DNA of 64,000 nucleotides, taken from positions 12,152,001 to 12,216,000 of the forward strand of contig CM068755.1 of the NCBI GenBank assembly GCA_035084275.1. Reading direction: 5' to 3'. Under the pieces are notes generated by a model, which saw only the letters and a list, made by a program, of their open reading frames with translations, was not told the DNA's origin and did no database searches. The stretch comes from Hydrolagus colliei (lineage: Eukaryota). A program made the translations under genes and the position numbers. Position 1 is the stretch's first letter, and every line of letters begins with the position of its first letter. This document shows, piece after piece, positions 12,126-23,856 of this stretch.

Positions 12126-15044
12126 TTATTTATCCCCGCTCTCTGCTTCCAAATAATCTTTTAGGCTGTGTTACAATGTTAATCATTCAATATTTCTCAG
12201 GCAAGCCATCAAAAGGGGTTTTACGGGTTTGTTCAAACTATGAGGAAAGGGTTAAACAAAATCATAGTAAAAGTCTATAAAGTATTTATTGAAACCTCGT
12301 GGGTTGACAGCCAAAGAGAGCTTACTGCCACTGTAGGAGTTTTCACTTACTTGCTTTGAACAGTCTATTATGTGAAAGATAAGCAAAGAGATGGAATGAT
12401 GATCGACTTGCAGAAATGCTATTATTGAACAGAACATTTATTCCAGTGACAGACTGTTGTGCTGTTAATAGTATGAATGGCTGGAGACGAGACAAGTTCA
12501 AAAAGGAAATCTTCAGATGGCACCGTCTCCTGGGAATTAGGAGTAGTTGTTAACCATTGCATATTAATCCCTTCAAATGGATTCAGAACTTTTAAATTTC
12601 TGTGTGTTTTCGAACATGATTGCCTGTCACATTATAGGGGAAGAGACCTCGATGGCCAAACAAATAAAAATGTATAAAATAAGTTACCATATTACTGTAC
12701 TAAAATGTTTAAGCCTCGCTAAGTTTTAAGTTTGAGTTGTTAATGTTGTTAATTCTCTTAATTTATTTTTGCTGCTGTTTTTTTTTGTCGTAGCATAGGC
12801 CATCCTTCCCCTTCCTGAGCATCACATAATATTGTAACGGGAAAGATGGTTAGTCAGTCAGGTTGTTTGGCAGATTATTTTTATTGGGTACATTTGAAAA
12901 AAACATCTAATTTCCTTTCAGTATTGACCCGCATTTCTTTGACCCGTGTAATCAAAGGCATTCTCACAGCCGCTTTGTGCAGTCAGCCCAAGATATAGCA
13001 GTGGAATGATTAATAAAATTTATTGCCCTCCAATAATTTCATTATTTTTATGCTACTGACTTTTTTATTAAGGTGTTGCCACAGATTTTCTCTACGTTCC
13101 CAGCCTCATTTGTATCCTACCTATTTATCCACGGAATATCATGATTTTTGACAGTTTGCACCTTACTGCCATCATAAAGCAAATTCCAAAAGCCTGCCCA
13201 ATGTAACAGAAGTAATCCCATTGGAATACATTATTTATGCCAGCAGCAGACACAGAGCAAGCTTCAGAAATGCAGTTGCTTGACATAACACACTAATTTC
13301 ACATTGTCTCATTATTAGCTGAATAATTCGAAAACCATTGTGTTCCAAGTACCTGCCATAGCTGAAGGACGCTTTTTAATTGACTCACTTTAAAGAAAGA
13401 TGCTTTACTGAAGCATTGTATATGTATAGCCCCTGCTCGATTTTATTTTTATTCTAAAAAGTATTGTATAATATATTGGTATATCTCAAAGTTCTTCTCT
13501 CATTTTGGCCCGAGTTTTTAAAAAATCAATGTTCACTCTTTTCCGCTCTCTCTCTCTCGTTCGAAAGCTAGCTAGTTGAGATGTTACTTGCTTGACAAGA
13601 GGCACGTAGCTTCTGTATACAATTACCACACTTTTCTTTCCCAATTATTTTACGAACAGTCAAGGTCCACCAATTTGACACGTTTCTTGACCGGCTTTGT
13701 GATGCGTAATCCTACTCCATTAATGCTGAGTTTAATATCATCATTCACACCAGCGTTTATTATTCAGCCGTGGAATAGTTGTAACATTATGCGGCTGTCA
13801 AATGTTGTGTTGCACCTGTCTGGGGATTACCCATTATCCTTTGCATGTGAGAAAGTGACACTGATGACTGAAGTTTTGAGATATTCATTTAGTGTTTAAT
13901 CTGACAGGCATGACAGCTGATCTCAGAGCTAGTCACTGACTAAAGCTAGGCCTCCGCCAGAAATCCTTCTCCTTTCCCCCATTATGCCCCCGAATACAAA
14001 GTGGTTGCTATGAGTTCAAGTGAACAGGCTATAGCAGCAAGTGAAGGGTACTCCAGGTAGATTTGCATAAGATCTATGTAAAGAAGCGATCAGGCTATAG
14101 CAGTATTTAGACAGCTTGTTTTATTAAGCAGGTTGTATGGTTCAAGCTGTAATGTAAGTATAAGAAAAAGACTTTTAAAAAAAAAATCAATAAAGACTGA
14201 GTTGCATTTTAGACTTCCATCCATTTAGCGTATCCATTCATCCATTTAATTAACTTAGATCTGCCCCTCAGAACTCCACATAAGCCTTTAGATGTCAAAC
14301 TTATGGGGACGGTTTTCCTCTTTAAATAGCACTGATGCCACTTATTGCAGAAATAGAACACAAATGCTTTGTGCATTTATAGATGGGAGAAGGAGGTGAG
14401 GAAATGCTATTCTCCCAGCCTGGCATGTATTTTTATTTGGGAGGTGTAGAGGAATACAGCGTTAGCTTGACTTTGACTGCCACATTGCAGCAATGGGGAT
14501 AATGCACACAAAGCAGTACCAGGGTAACTGCACTGTAACTTCTAGTTATTGCTATGTTGAGCTCCCAATCTTTAGGCATTCAAAATATCTTCCTGGACTC
14601 TGATGGGGAAAGGATGGGAAGAATCCCTAATACAGTTTCTGATGCAAAACCCTCTTTGGTTGGAGACTTTCAATCCTTCTGAATGGAAAAATCTCATTTC
14701 TTTTTGCACAGGGGCTCTAAGGGCCTATTGTGTATTTGTTCCCCCAACAAGAAACAGCCAGTTACTGCAGCAAAATGGGTTTATCTTGATGCTGTGAAAA
14801 GGCAGTTTCAATTATGTAATGTCCGTTGGCTGGAAATTGCCTCTTCCCGTGTTTGTGGGTTTGGGTGGCGGGGGAGGGGGAGGGCAGGGGATTGGCGGGC
14901 TATTAACTGTGAAACAACTTTAGCGAGAGTGTATCTAATACTCTTGTGCTTTATCTGCTGAACCTATGCAATGGTTTCAGTCCAACATCTGCTGCACACT
15001 ATCGTCTACCTGGAAAACCGATCATTGGGCTGAGAGTCAAAAAT

Positions 15045-15250
15045 GTAGAACCATATGAATTTATAGCACAGAAGAAAGCTTTCACGTCTGTGATGACTCT
15101 TTTGAAGAGCATTCCTTTCAGCCCCATTCCTCTGCCCTTTCCTCATACCTCTGTCATTTATTATCTTTTAGATATTTATCTAATTTCTCAGAAATATACC
15201 GGGCGATCTTCAGGTTGTTTAGATTTGAATATGTCACACGGTGTCTTCAC
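15045..15250 (-). mobile_element. CR1-type LINE 3' end remnant
   Basis: tagaaccatatgaatttatagcacagaag...ctcttttgaagagcattcc...ccccattcctctgccctttcctcatacc resembles recalled shark CR1 3' ends in antisense. Confidence 0.55.
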
Positions 15251-16619
15251 TTGGCAACACAATCATTTTGGGGGGATATTTCATGAGATAGCACATCAGG
15301 AATCAAACCAGAATAGATGATTTCAGATGCAAAGAAATTTCCACATGTAAATTGTATACATATGTGGAACTCCCAGTCTGGTTCGGATCTTTTTGAGCTT
15401 GGTGATGGGCTTTTGCTGGTGTCAAACTGTCTATAATCTCAGCTAGGAATCGAGCTGGGAACGTTCAGCCCCTTTGTATACTTTACTGCTTCAAAATTAC
15501 AAAACGTTTTCATAAAATGTACATGCTGGAAAACTTGATTTGTTTGGTTTCTTACTTTCTAATGGACGACAGAAAAACACAAGCTGTAATATTCAATTGA
15601 CTTTTCAAAATTGAAAGCTGCATAAAATCTAAAAAAATCCAAATAAAAACCGTAAATAAGCAAATTCTACAGTTTCAGTCTCCCTTAAAATTTAGTATCA
15701 GTTTAAACATCATCTCTCGCTCATTATTGCAGATGGTATTTGCATTGACAACTTCCGGGATTGTGGTTAGAGTAGACTTGTGTTCCAAGTAGCTTTGTTT
15801 GAGCTTTTGTGCAGAGAAGTATAGGTCATGTGGGAAAATGAGGACTGTGCCAGATCTGGGCTTTTGGCCAAAACCATGTTTCTTTGTTTTTGTGAAAGAA
15901 CCACAGTATATTTTGCTCAAAGCCATCAAGAATCTAGCTGATGATTTTAGCAGTATAGCTGAGATCCGACATGAAGCAGTCGTTCAGACAATGGGAAAAA
16001 TATGAAGTCGACACTAAGACTGGGTGGAAATTAGAAATGCCCATCGTTAAAACTAATTGACATAAGGGCGTAGGTATTTACAGAATAGTCTACACTAAAC
16101 TTTACTGTAAATCCTGTAAAGCATTTTGAGATGTCTTCCTGGCTTGAAAGGCGCTATGTCAAATGAAGGATTTGTTTTATTATGTGTCAAAACTTACTAA
16201 ACAATTGAGGTTGGAAATTTGACTTAAAAGGGAAGACACATCATTCTTTCAATCTGTCGGCTGACAGGATATTGATAGGCGGGAAGTTCCACAATCCCTA
16301 GCCTTGACTTAATTCTCAAAAGTATTCAACTTGTATCCTGTGACATGGAAACCAACATTAATATTATAGTAGTAAAGTTGCTCAATGTCAGGATGTAACT
16401 ATTACCATAATAACAATCTTGTGCAATTTAGAAAACATCTAAATAAATATTGCAGTGTTACTTTATCTTGAAAGGTGCTAAACAAATGTAATTTTGTTGC
16501 TGTTGTTTAACTCTATTCATTATCTTGAAGGATTTATTTTTCAAAAGAGTTTGTAACTGTACGAATGCATTTTGTGTTTCTATACTTTGTTCCATCTTTT
16601 ATTTGGGAGTTGGAGCAAC

Positions 16620-17150
16620 ATCCAAATAAATTAGCTGAGATCATTCCCAAAGTCTGTTGCATTAGGTAACCAAATGCTGTAAATGTAAAGATTGACCTGA
16701 TCACATCAGCTCACCAGATATGCCAAAAGGGATCCATATTACAATGCCTCTCTACTGTTTTAAAGTGTCTACAATGTTCGCTGATCTGAGAATCCACTGG
16801 CTTCAAGAAAATCATTCTCTTTCTGGACAATCAGGTCTTGATAGATTTTCCCTGAAGTCAAATTCACAACCTCTACACCAGGTTTCTCTAATAGAGATGC
16901 TGCAATGGTATCTCATTGACAATGATTTCTATGAGCATTGACATGGTTTGGCAGAGTGATACATGGCTGGAGTTATTTGGGCCCTCCGTGATTGTTTTTG
17001 GATAGGTGTGATGTTTCCTGCTTCCCACTCCGCTACTGCCAGTAGCCAGAAAGAGTTGAAATGAGATGTGGCAAGGGAGTAGAGTTCATCAAATAGGATT
17101 TTGATTGTCCACGTATCGTTTTCATAACGTTCTGTGCTGAAGTAATACAA
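16620..17150 (-). mobile_element. Highly decayed LINE reverse transcriptase fragment
   Basis: minus ORF 16929-17150 has EWEAGNITPIQK...PAMYHS, resembling the WK.ANVTPIHK...P.NYRPIS motif that precedes CR1/L2-group RT domains. Confidence 0.5.
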
Positions 17151-17323
17151 TACAACATACTCAATCAGTTATCTGAACTTTTCATTTATCTCAATGGGGA
17201 TGCCTCCCGACTTATTTAGGTAAACAGCTTTCTTTCTCTGAGGTGTGTGTCACAGAGATAGAGAAGGATTCTTTTCCATACATTTCTTGGGAATTATACG
17301 TGAGCTAAAAACTGGTAAGCTGA

Positions 17324-17949
17324 ATGACTTTGTCCATGTGGTTTTTAACAAACTTCTTAGAAATTACAAAGAGTCATATTGGAAATGTCAATTTAAAAGT
17401 TATGGATTTTACCAAATGCAGATTGGTACATCATGAACCAATGCATACCTACCTCTCACTCCATCACAGAGTGTTTTATTGATAGATTAGTGAATTTAAA
17501 CTTGCTTGGAGGTGTGTGAATCAAGCCTTAATTTTGTTTGTCAACAGTTTTATTTTATTTTTTCAGTAGTTTACTGAATGGCAGCTCAATAAAGTTCCTG
17601 TTTGTGGTTTGGCAACTCCTCCGACAAGCAAAATCAGACGTGTTTGCAGTTTAAAGAGGCTTGGTTAGAAGACGGAAGTGCAGGTTGAGAGCATGCTTGT
17701 GGTCTCCTCATCCCAGCAGCTCAAACCACTGTAAATTTGATTCTAACCAGTTTGATGTTCTATTTCCTAAATTGTGGGGGTGGACTGATGTGCTGGAAAT
17801 GGGGGTCAGAGCTGCTGTTAAGTAGAAACACATTGAAATGGAAACATACTTAACTGACTGGAAGGGATTAAAATCTGGATGCAGAGTGTAATTAAGTAAA
17901 ATTATACAGATTACTCTTATTTTGTTAAAAACCACATGGACAAAGTCAT
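17324..17949. repeat. Perfect 29-bp inverted repeat pair (17324-17352 / 17921-17949)
   Basis: ATGACTTTGTCCATGTGGTTTTTAACAAA and its exact reverse complement TTTGTTAAAAACCACATGGACAAAGTCAT. Confidence 0.97.
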
Positions 17950-18454
17950 GCACCTTTTGATACCTTGCCATAGCAGTGTACTGGGATACTTCCAATTCCA
18001 TAAGTGAAGGATTTCTTAAATTAATTTCTGAGATTAGGACTGTATCTATTTATTTAACTGTTCACTTTCCTGAAAATTTGTATCTCTGAAGCATTTCAAA
18101 TTACTTAAATATATTTATGTCTACAAGATATAATATACAATGGTCACTCATTCCATGATTGTTGTGCACAATTAGCTACCATGTTTCACCCACAAAATGT
18201 ACAGACATTTTCACTTCACTCTATAATATTGCAGTATAATAATCCTTATAATTTGATATAGAATCATTCATGCCAGTGCTTCACAGGATTTACTGTAAAG
18301 TGTCGTGATTGCTACATGAAAGATGCTACATCGAATGCAAGGATTATTATTTTTAATATTATTTATCACTAAATCCAGAAGAGGTCATTTGGTCTCAATA
18401 ATAGAACGGAGGTCCCGTTTTCAGTTATTGTTTTACAGTTGTTTTGTTTTACAG

Positions 18455-18597
18455 GAACAAGTGATCCTTATGTCAAGTTCAAACTGGCTGGAAAAACATT
18501 GTACAAAAGTAGGATCATATACAAAAACCTGAACCCTCGATGGGATGAGACTTTCACAGTTCCAGTCAGGAACTTGAATCAAAAGCTCTACATCAAG
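18455..18597 (+). CDS. MCTP2: MCTP2 coding exon (C2A, N-terminal part), 143 nt
   Basis: ttttacag|GA acceptor, AAG|gtagga donor; translates (G)[47 protein letters not shown], close to recalled MCTP2 [32 protein letters not shown]. Confidence 0.96.
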
Positions 18598-18784
18598 GTA
18601 GGACGCTCTGCACCAAAATGCACAACAGTTGACTAGGAAAGCTGTGTTGTAATGAAATCTGTCTGATACACAACACCTCTTAAAATTACATTTTAACACA
18701 ACAAACATTTTTCTCCCGAAGTGGTTTAGTTTTCATTTTGAGAAGTTTTTCGGTGACTTTTATTTGCAGCTGATAGAAGTGTCA

Positions 18785-19200
18785 GGGCACTCACAATGGT
18801 GGTTAGCTCTTACCTTGGCACTTCGGGTTTGAATTCAGTTGAAACGGCAGGGATGAAGCTCTGTTGCTCATAGTGATGGACTGCAAGCACAATGAATGCA
18901 GGCAGGCTGAATTGAGCTCCCAGTGGACAAAGGTCCACAGTGTTTAACTGGCTGAAGTTGGCACTAATTGACACTGATTTCAGCAGCCTTGCTTTGAGAG
19001 GTCAGGAGAGCAGCAATATAGGGAATGGAAATACCAACCGACTGCAGTATCTGGTTCTCTTCTGGGGTTGCAGATGCCCTGCAAGGGCAATTTAGAGGAA
19101 GCCCTGACCTGCATGCAAACCATACCATAACTGACCTTGTGAATGCTTGATTGAAACGTAGGATCTGGGCTGTGCACAAAATCATAGCTTGCCTTCTGAA
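18785..19200 (+). mobile_element. LF-SINE-like ancient SINE relic
   Basis: colinear blocks CCCAGTGGACAAAGGTCCACA, TTGGCACTAATTGACAC, GAGAGGTCAGG, GGGCAATTTAGAGGAAGCC resemble the recalled LF-SINE consensus. Confidence 0.65.
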
Positions 19201-19759
19201 GGAAGAAAAACAAGCTAACTAAACATCGATCATTTAATTGCTGATTGGTAGATTAATCCATCTAGGGTGACAATAGAGGTTTTGCAGAACCAAAAATGAG
19301 TTGCCGCTTACTCTTTTTGAGTGTCTGACTTTGGCTGACAGCGTAATAGTTGAATGAGCACATGAATTCATTTTTTTTTAAATGAAGTGTAGCTTCAGAC
19401 AGATGACATCTAGTGTGTCATTGACCCTCAGGTCAGCCTTGTGTGATCGGGGAGTGATAGCCTGCCATTTCCTCCCCCACCATTTGACAAAATATTCAAA
19501 TCAAAAAGTTTGGCCAATGTGAGGGCCAAAAGAGAATGTAAATGGTCTAGGAATGTAAATATTCAGTTAAACAGACGTAATTCATTGTGAAACTGATGGG
19601 GGGAAAATTCAGGATTTGGTGCTGTAACCTGCTGTGCTCAGTTTTTTTTTCCCTCCATTCCTCTTCCCTCTGTCTCCCACTAATAACTCAAGACAACTTC
19701 CATTGTTGCAATCAGAATGATCAGGCAGTGGACATCTCCAGAAACTTGCATTGCTATCT

Positions 19760-20320
19760 ATTTTCCATCCCAAAGTCCCTCCAGCTTGCCTCCTTCAAAA
19801 CCCATCTCAAGCTCCTATGGCTTAGTGGTTAGAGCACTTGTCTTCCAGGCTGGGGAGACCAAGCTGGGGAGACTTGTGTTCGAACCCAGGCAGGTCAGGG
19901 CGAAACCTTGGGCAAGTTTCCTTACTCCGCACGCCTAATAATAAGCCATCCAAAAAAACCACAATAATAAAATTGGTCATTTCAATCCACGACTGTTTGT
20001 GGAACACTGCTGTGCGCAATTGACTGCCGCGATTCGCCCACAAATATACAGTGAATTCACTTTACAGTATATTCTGTGAAGCGCTTTGGGACGTCGATAA
20101 AGTGTGAAAAGTGCTATATCAAATGCAAGGATTATTATTATTATAAGACCCTCCTGTTCGACTGTGCCTTTATTCACCCTCCTACCCCTACCCCTCTCTG
20201 CCCTCCACCCCTCCTGATCCTGACCACCAGTTTGGGTGCTAATCCCTGGCTGTTCAGCACTTTGGGACATCTTCCTGACATGAAAGAAGATATCCAAATG
20301 TGATTTGTTTGTCGTTGTTT
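19760..20320 (+). mobile_element. L2 3' end (19760-19810 and 20145-20320) split by a SINE insertion
   Basis: tccttcaaaacccatctcaag rejoins accctcctgttcgactgtgcc (SFKTHLK|TLLFDCAF); ends ttcagcactttgggacatc...tgtcgttgtt. Confidence 0.8.
19811..20144 (+). mobile_element. tRNA-derived SINE, full length, with small internal duplication (gctggggagac x2)
   Basis: B-box GTTCGAACCC; same family as the 2762 copy; (TTA)n tail. Confidence 0.93.
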
Positions 20321-20622
20321 CTCCCCCTCCCTGTTCCTCAGTTCAGGAACCTGTGAACGCAGAACCTTGCAACATGAATGGCTCACATTGAATGTTCCCA
20401 ATGAAATGAAATGTTCCCAATTTTGGAATACAAGATTGCTTTTGGTTGAATTAAGATTGACTTTAGATCATTGGGTGGATGAGGAAGTGAATGTTGCATG
20501 TGCTTTTTTAAAGTAGATAATATGATGATGACAGTTCCAAATTATGGTAAAAGGAGTTGATCTTTGTTCTCTTATTTTTATATCTATGCACCACATAAAA
20601 CATACATTCTCTCTGCAAACAG

Positions 20623-20699
20623 GTATATGACCGTGACTTGACCTCAGATGATTTCATGGGTTCTGCATATCTCAGTCTGCGTGATCTTGAAGTAAACAG
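20623..20699 (+). CDS. MCTP2: MCTP2 coding exon (C2A), 77 nt
   Basis: aaacag|GTA acceptor, AG|gtctgt donor; [25 protein letters not shown](R); phase 0 start matches previous exon. Confidence 0.95.
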
Positions 20700-21563
20700 G
20701 TCTGTAATAATATTAGCTTTAAGGATCTTTGTTTCCTTTTTTAACTGGCGCTGTAGATATCAGACGCACATTGTTTGATTTGATACTGTAAATGACTGAA
20801 TGATGCTACATAATAGAACTGTGTTAAGCTCTGCAAACCTAAAGGAGCCAGATAGATTCATGAAAAGCAAATAAAAAAAATACAGAGTACTCAGATGCTA
20901 TCATCTGAAACTAAGTGCTATTAAAAGCACAGCAATTGTTGACTAGCCTTGAGGGACTAAGCTTATAAATTATAAATTAATGAAGACTGGATTTATGGTA
21001 GTGTTGCCATACGTAATATAGTTCAGTCATGGATTGAAATGATCAGTAGGACTATGTAGAAATTGTGATAAAATTTTAAAATGCTCCTGGCAATATATTG
21101 ATGTTTTGACTACGCATCTGATAATATATGAACAACTTTGATAGTTGCCTTTGGTTAAAATTCTGCATACCCATCTTGCCTTGCACTTCCTCTTGCTAAT
21201 TCCACACCCACACAATAGCTACGATTGCTTAGAAAATTGGAGATAGAGCATAGAGGGATAAGGAGGAGGACCTTTGAGGTACTGGTAACCAAATGGATTT
21301 TGGCGAGGCTGGGTGTGTGAGACACAGCTTTGCCTGCAGAAGTTGTAGCTTCTGACAAGTAAAACTCAGGAGGCTGTCGAGGAGAGCAAGGCAAATGTCT
21401 GTCTGTGACGTTGCAGACCTTGAGGGTTCTGAGGTAGTGATGTAGGTGGGGAGTGTTCCTGAGATGTTATCTTGGCGTGGTGACAGATGTGGGGTTTGAA
21501 GCATCCCCACATCCAACCCTTTAGATAAGTAATTGTAAAATAAAACAATTTTCCTTCCGTTAG

Positions 21564-21675
21564 ATTTCTACGAAAGGAATTTCAGCTGGATGATCCAAAC
21601 AGCCTGGAAGACTACATGGGGGTGATTGTCTTAGAGATAACTCTTACCCCAAAGCCAAGTGAAATCAGCACAAAT
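21564..21675 (+). CDS. MCTP2: MCTP2 coding exon (end of C2A), 112 nt
   Basis: ccgttag|A acceptor, AAT|gtaagg donor; FLRKEFQLDDPNSLEDYMGVIVLEITLTPKPSEISTN; DPNSLED-MGVIVL is typical of MCTP2. Confidence 0.94.
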
Positions 21676-21886
21676 GTAAGGAAAGGTTTCCTTTCTTATC
21701 CTCTGATTTGCTGATTTGGGGGTGAGGAGGGGAATGGGTGCTACAGCGCACTTTGGGTATATTTAGTATATTTATTACTGATTTATACATTCTGAAAACC
21801 TTAAATTTAAATGCAGCGCTTGAGAGCAGCACTTTGTGTGAGACATTATCCTGTGTGGAGCTGCTATATAAGTGCAAGTTGTTGTA

Positions 21887-22350
21887 CAGGTATCCCTCCC
21901 CAACCATGGGTGATACGTTCCTGAAAACCCCTGTGGTTAGTAAAACAGCAGTTGGCAAATACAAAGCCTGTGGAAAACATGGGGGAGTAAGTTGCTTGTT
22001 CTTTTTACTAAATACAAAAAAACCCACAATAACCTAACAAAAACAATAAATGTTCAAATAACACAATATAAAAAAAAAAATCATGTTATTTACCTTAATC
22101 CTAAGAGAGAAGCGACATCGTGGCTGGTTGATTGCGACATCGCAACTGGGTCCCAGCGCCAAACTCTAGCGCGAAGCGACATCGTGGCTGGTTGATGCAA
22201 CTGGGTCCTAGCGCCAAACGCTAGTGTTAGTGTTAAAACCCGTGGATACGCAAAATTCACTGCTGCAGTTGGCCAAGGTTGTCGCAGAGAGGAAACAGTG
22301 GATACGTGAAATCCGCAGTTGAAAAGACCGCGGTTGGGGCGGGGTACCTG
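21887..22350. mobile_element. Non-autonomous Tc1/mariner (Tigger/pogo-like) MITE, 464 bp
   Basis: TA flanks at 21885-86 and 22351-52; TIRs CAGGTATCCCTCCCCAACCATGG and (revcomp) CAGGTACCCCGCCCCAACCGCGG; no transposase ORF. Confidence 0.88.
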
Positions 22351-23666
22351 TATTTGAAGTTGATGATGTTGAATGTTCTTGTTGGAATTTGACCTCTGAA
22401 AATCAGATTTTCTTTCCCTGCTTGAAAACTCGTAGCTAAGCCCGATCATGTTCTCATCGCGCTCCTGCACTTCCAATGCACCACAATTGCAGATCAATCA
22501 GCAAAGGGAACCCAAATGAACCTCAAAATGTGAACATTTATAAAGTGGAGTTTTTTTTGTAGAGAATGTCCTAAATTTTATAACTACGGAATTTGATTGC
22601 AGTAGTCTGTGAGAACGAACCTTTCTTGTGCTTGCATTGAATGTTTTGGGAATTGTATCTTGTTTTATACTGGCTATAAATAGTTATTCAGTTTTATCCC
22701 GCTGATTTGTCTGCAACATATTAAGAAAAACACAGGTAGAGTCACCTTGACCTCTTAACCCTCTTATCTAATAAAAGGGCCAAATAGATCATTACACTCC
22801 TGGTCTATTTGTACAGTTTTACACTTCAGGAGGATGTCCCAAGGCACTGGATAGTCAGGGATTTGGACCCAAACTGGATGACTATAAACCTTAGCCTTAT
22901 TCTATCTGAGGCAGTCTGTGTTGCACCATATTTTCCCAATAGCACTTGGCACAAAAGAAAGCATGAGCGGATTGTTTAGAGAAGCTCTGATGAATTGATA
23001 TTGAATTTAAGATTGGTTGCATAATGGTATTAGCTGCCCAACTGAATGAAATCAAGCTGCTGAGTACCAGCAGATTTGGTTTTCAAGAGTATTAGCAAGA
23101 GGTTTGCTGGAATAGCTACCTTTTGTAAACCCACACCAATTTAGGCAGTACTACAACTGACTGCTTTAAGTCGTAAAGCAGATGGATGTAGCCCAAATTT
23201 GTTTTTAAGGGTAAAATATTTGCCAAAATCTTTTCAGTTTCATTGTGCCATATGTTAATTTCAAATTCAGGAATAAATAAATCAGTACTTTTTATGTATA
23301 TAAAAAGAACAATGGTGGTGGAGGGGAGTGTATTTAAACTGGAAGTCGTTAACTAGTTCACTTTGGCTCAGGAGAGCTTGACTTGGGCTGATGTGGTGCT
23401 ACTCATGGGAGTCGTATCTGAACCTTGTTTAAGGTTCTTCGATACAATGTAAATGCATTTATACAGTGGCCTTCATGTCTGGAGCATGTCTCAAAGAGCG
23501 TTACACTGGTGGGCACCCGAACTGTTTTAACAATCATTTAAGCTGATTCTGGAATGGCTCCATAAAATAGTGCTCTTTTTATGCATGAATGGCTCTTTCA
23601 GAAATACTTATTTGTTATGAACAACTGCATTCAATCCCATTATCCCATCTCCTCTCTGTCTACCAG

Positions 23667-23705
23667 GCGAGTTTGGTCAGGAAGAAGCAGCGCACCAGCA
23701 CAAAG
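23667..23705 (+). CDS. MCTP2: MCTP2 small basic linker exon, 39 nt
   Basis: ctctctgtctaccag|GCG acceptor, AAG|gtaaca donor; ASLVRKKQRTSTK, phase 0/0; positional match to the short basic linker exon of MCTP2. Confidence 0.85.
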
Positions 23706-23856
23706 GTAACAGCTTTATTCTTTCTTCGGCCCTAAAAGCCTTTTCGGTTCAATATTCTGAAAGAAAACATGTACAGTATTAGCTCTGTGTTCATGGCATA
23801 ACAATCTTGATGTACTTTGGTCTGACTCTTTGACTGTTCACCCCTTACTAATGGCT

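Noticed and set aside
21150-21500. Possible old antisense L2 fragment (also about 3290-3360 and 4740-4920)
   Set aside because: Composition is suggestive but I could read no convincing motif
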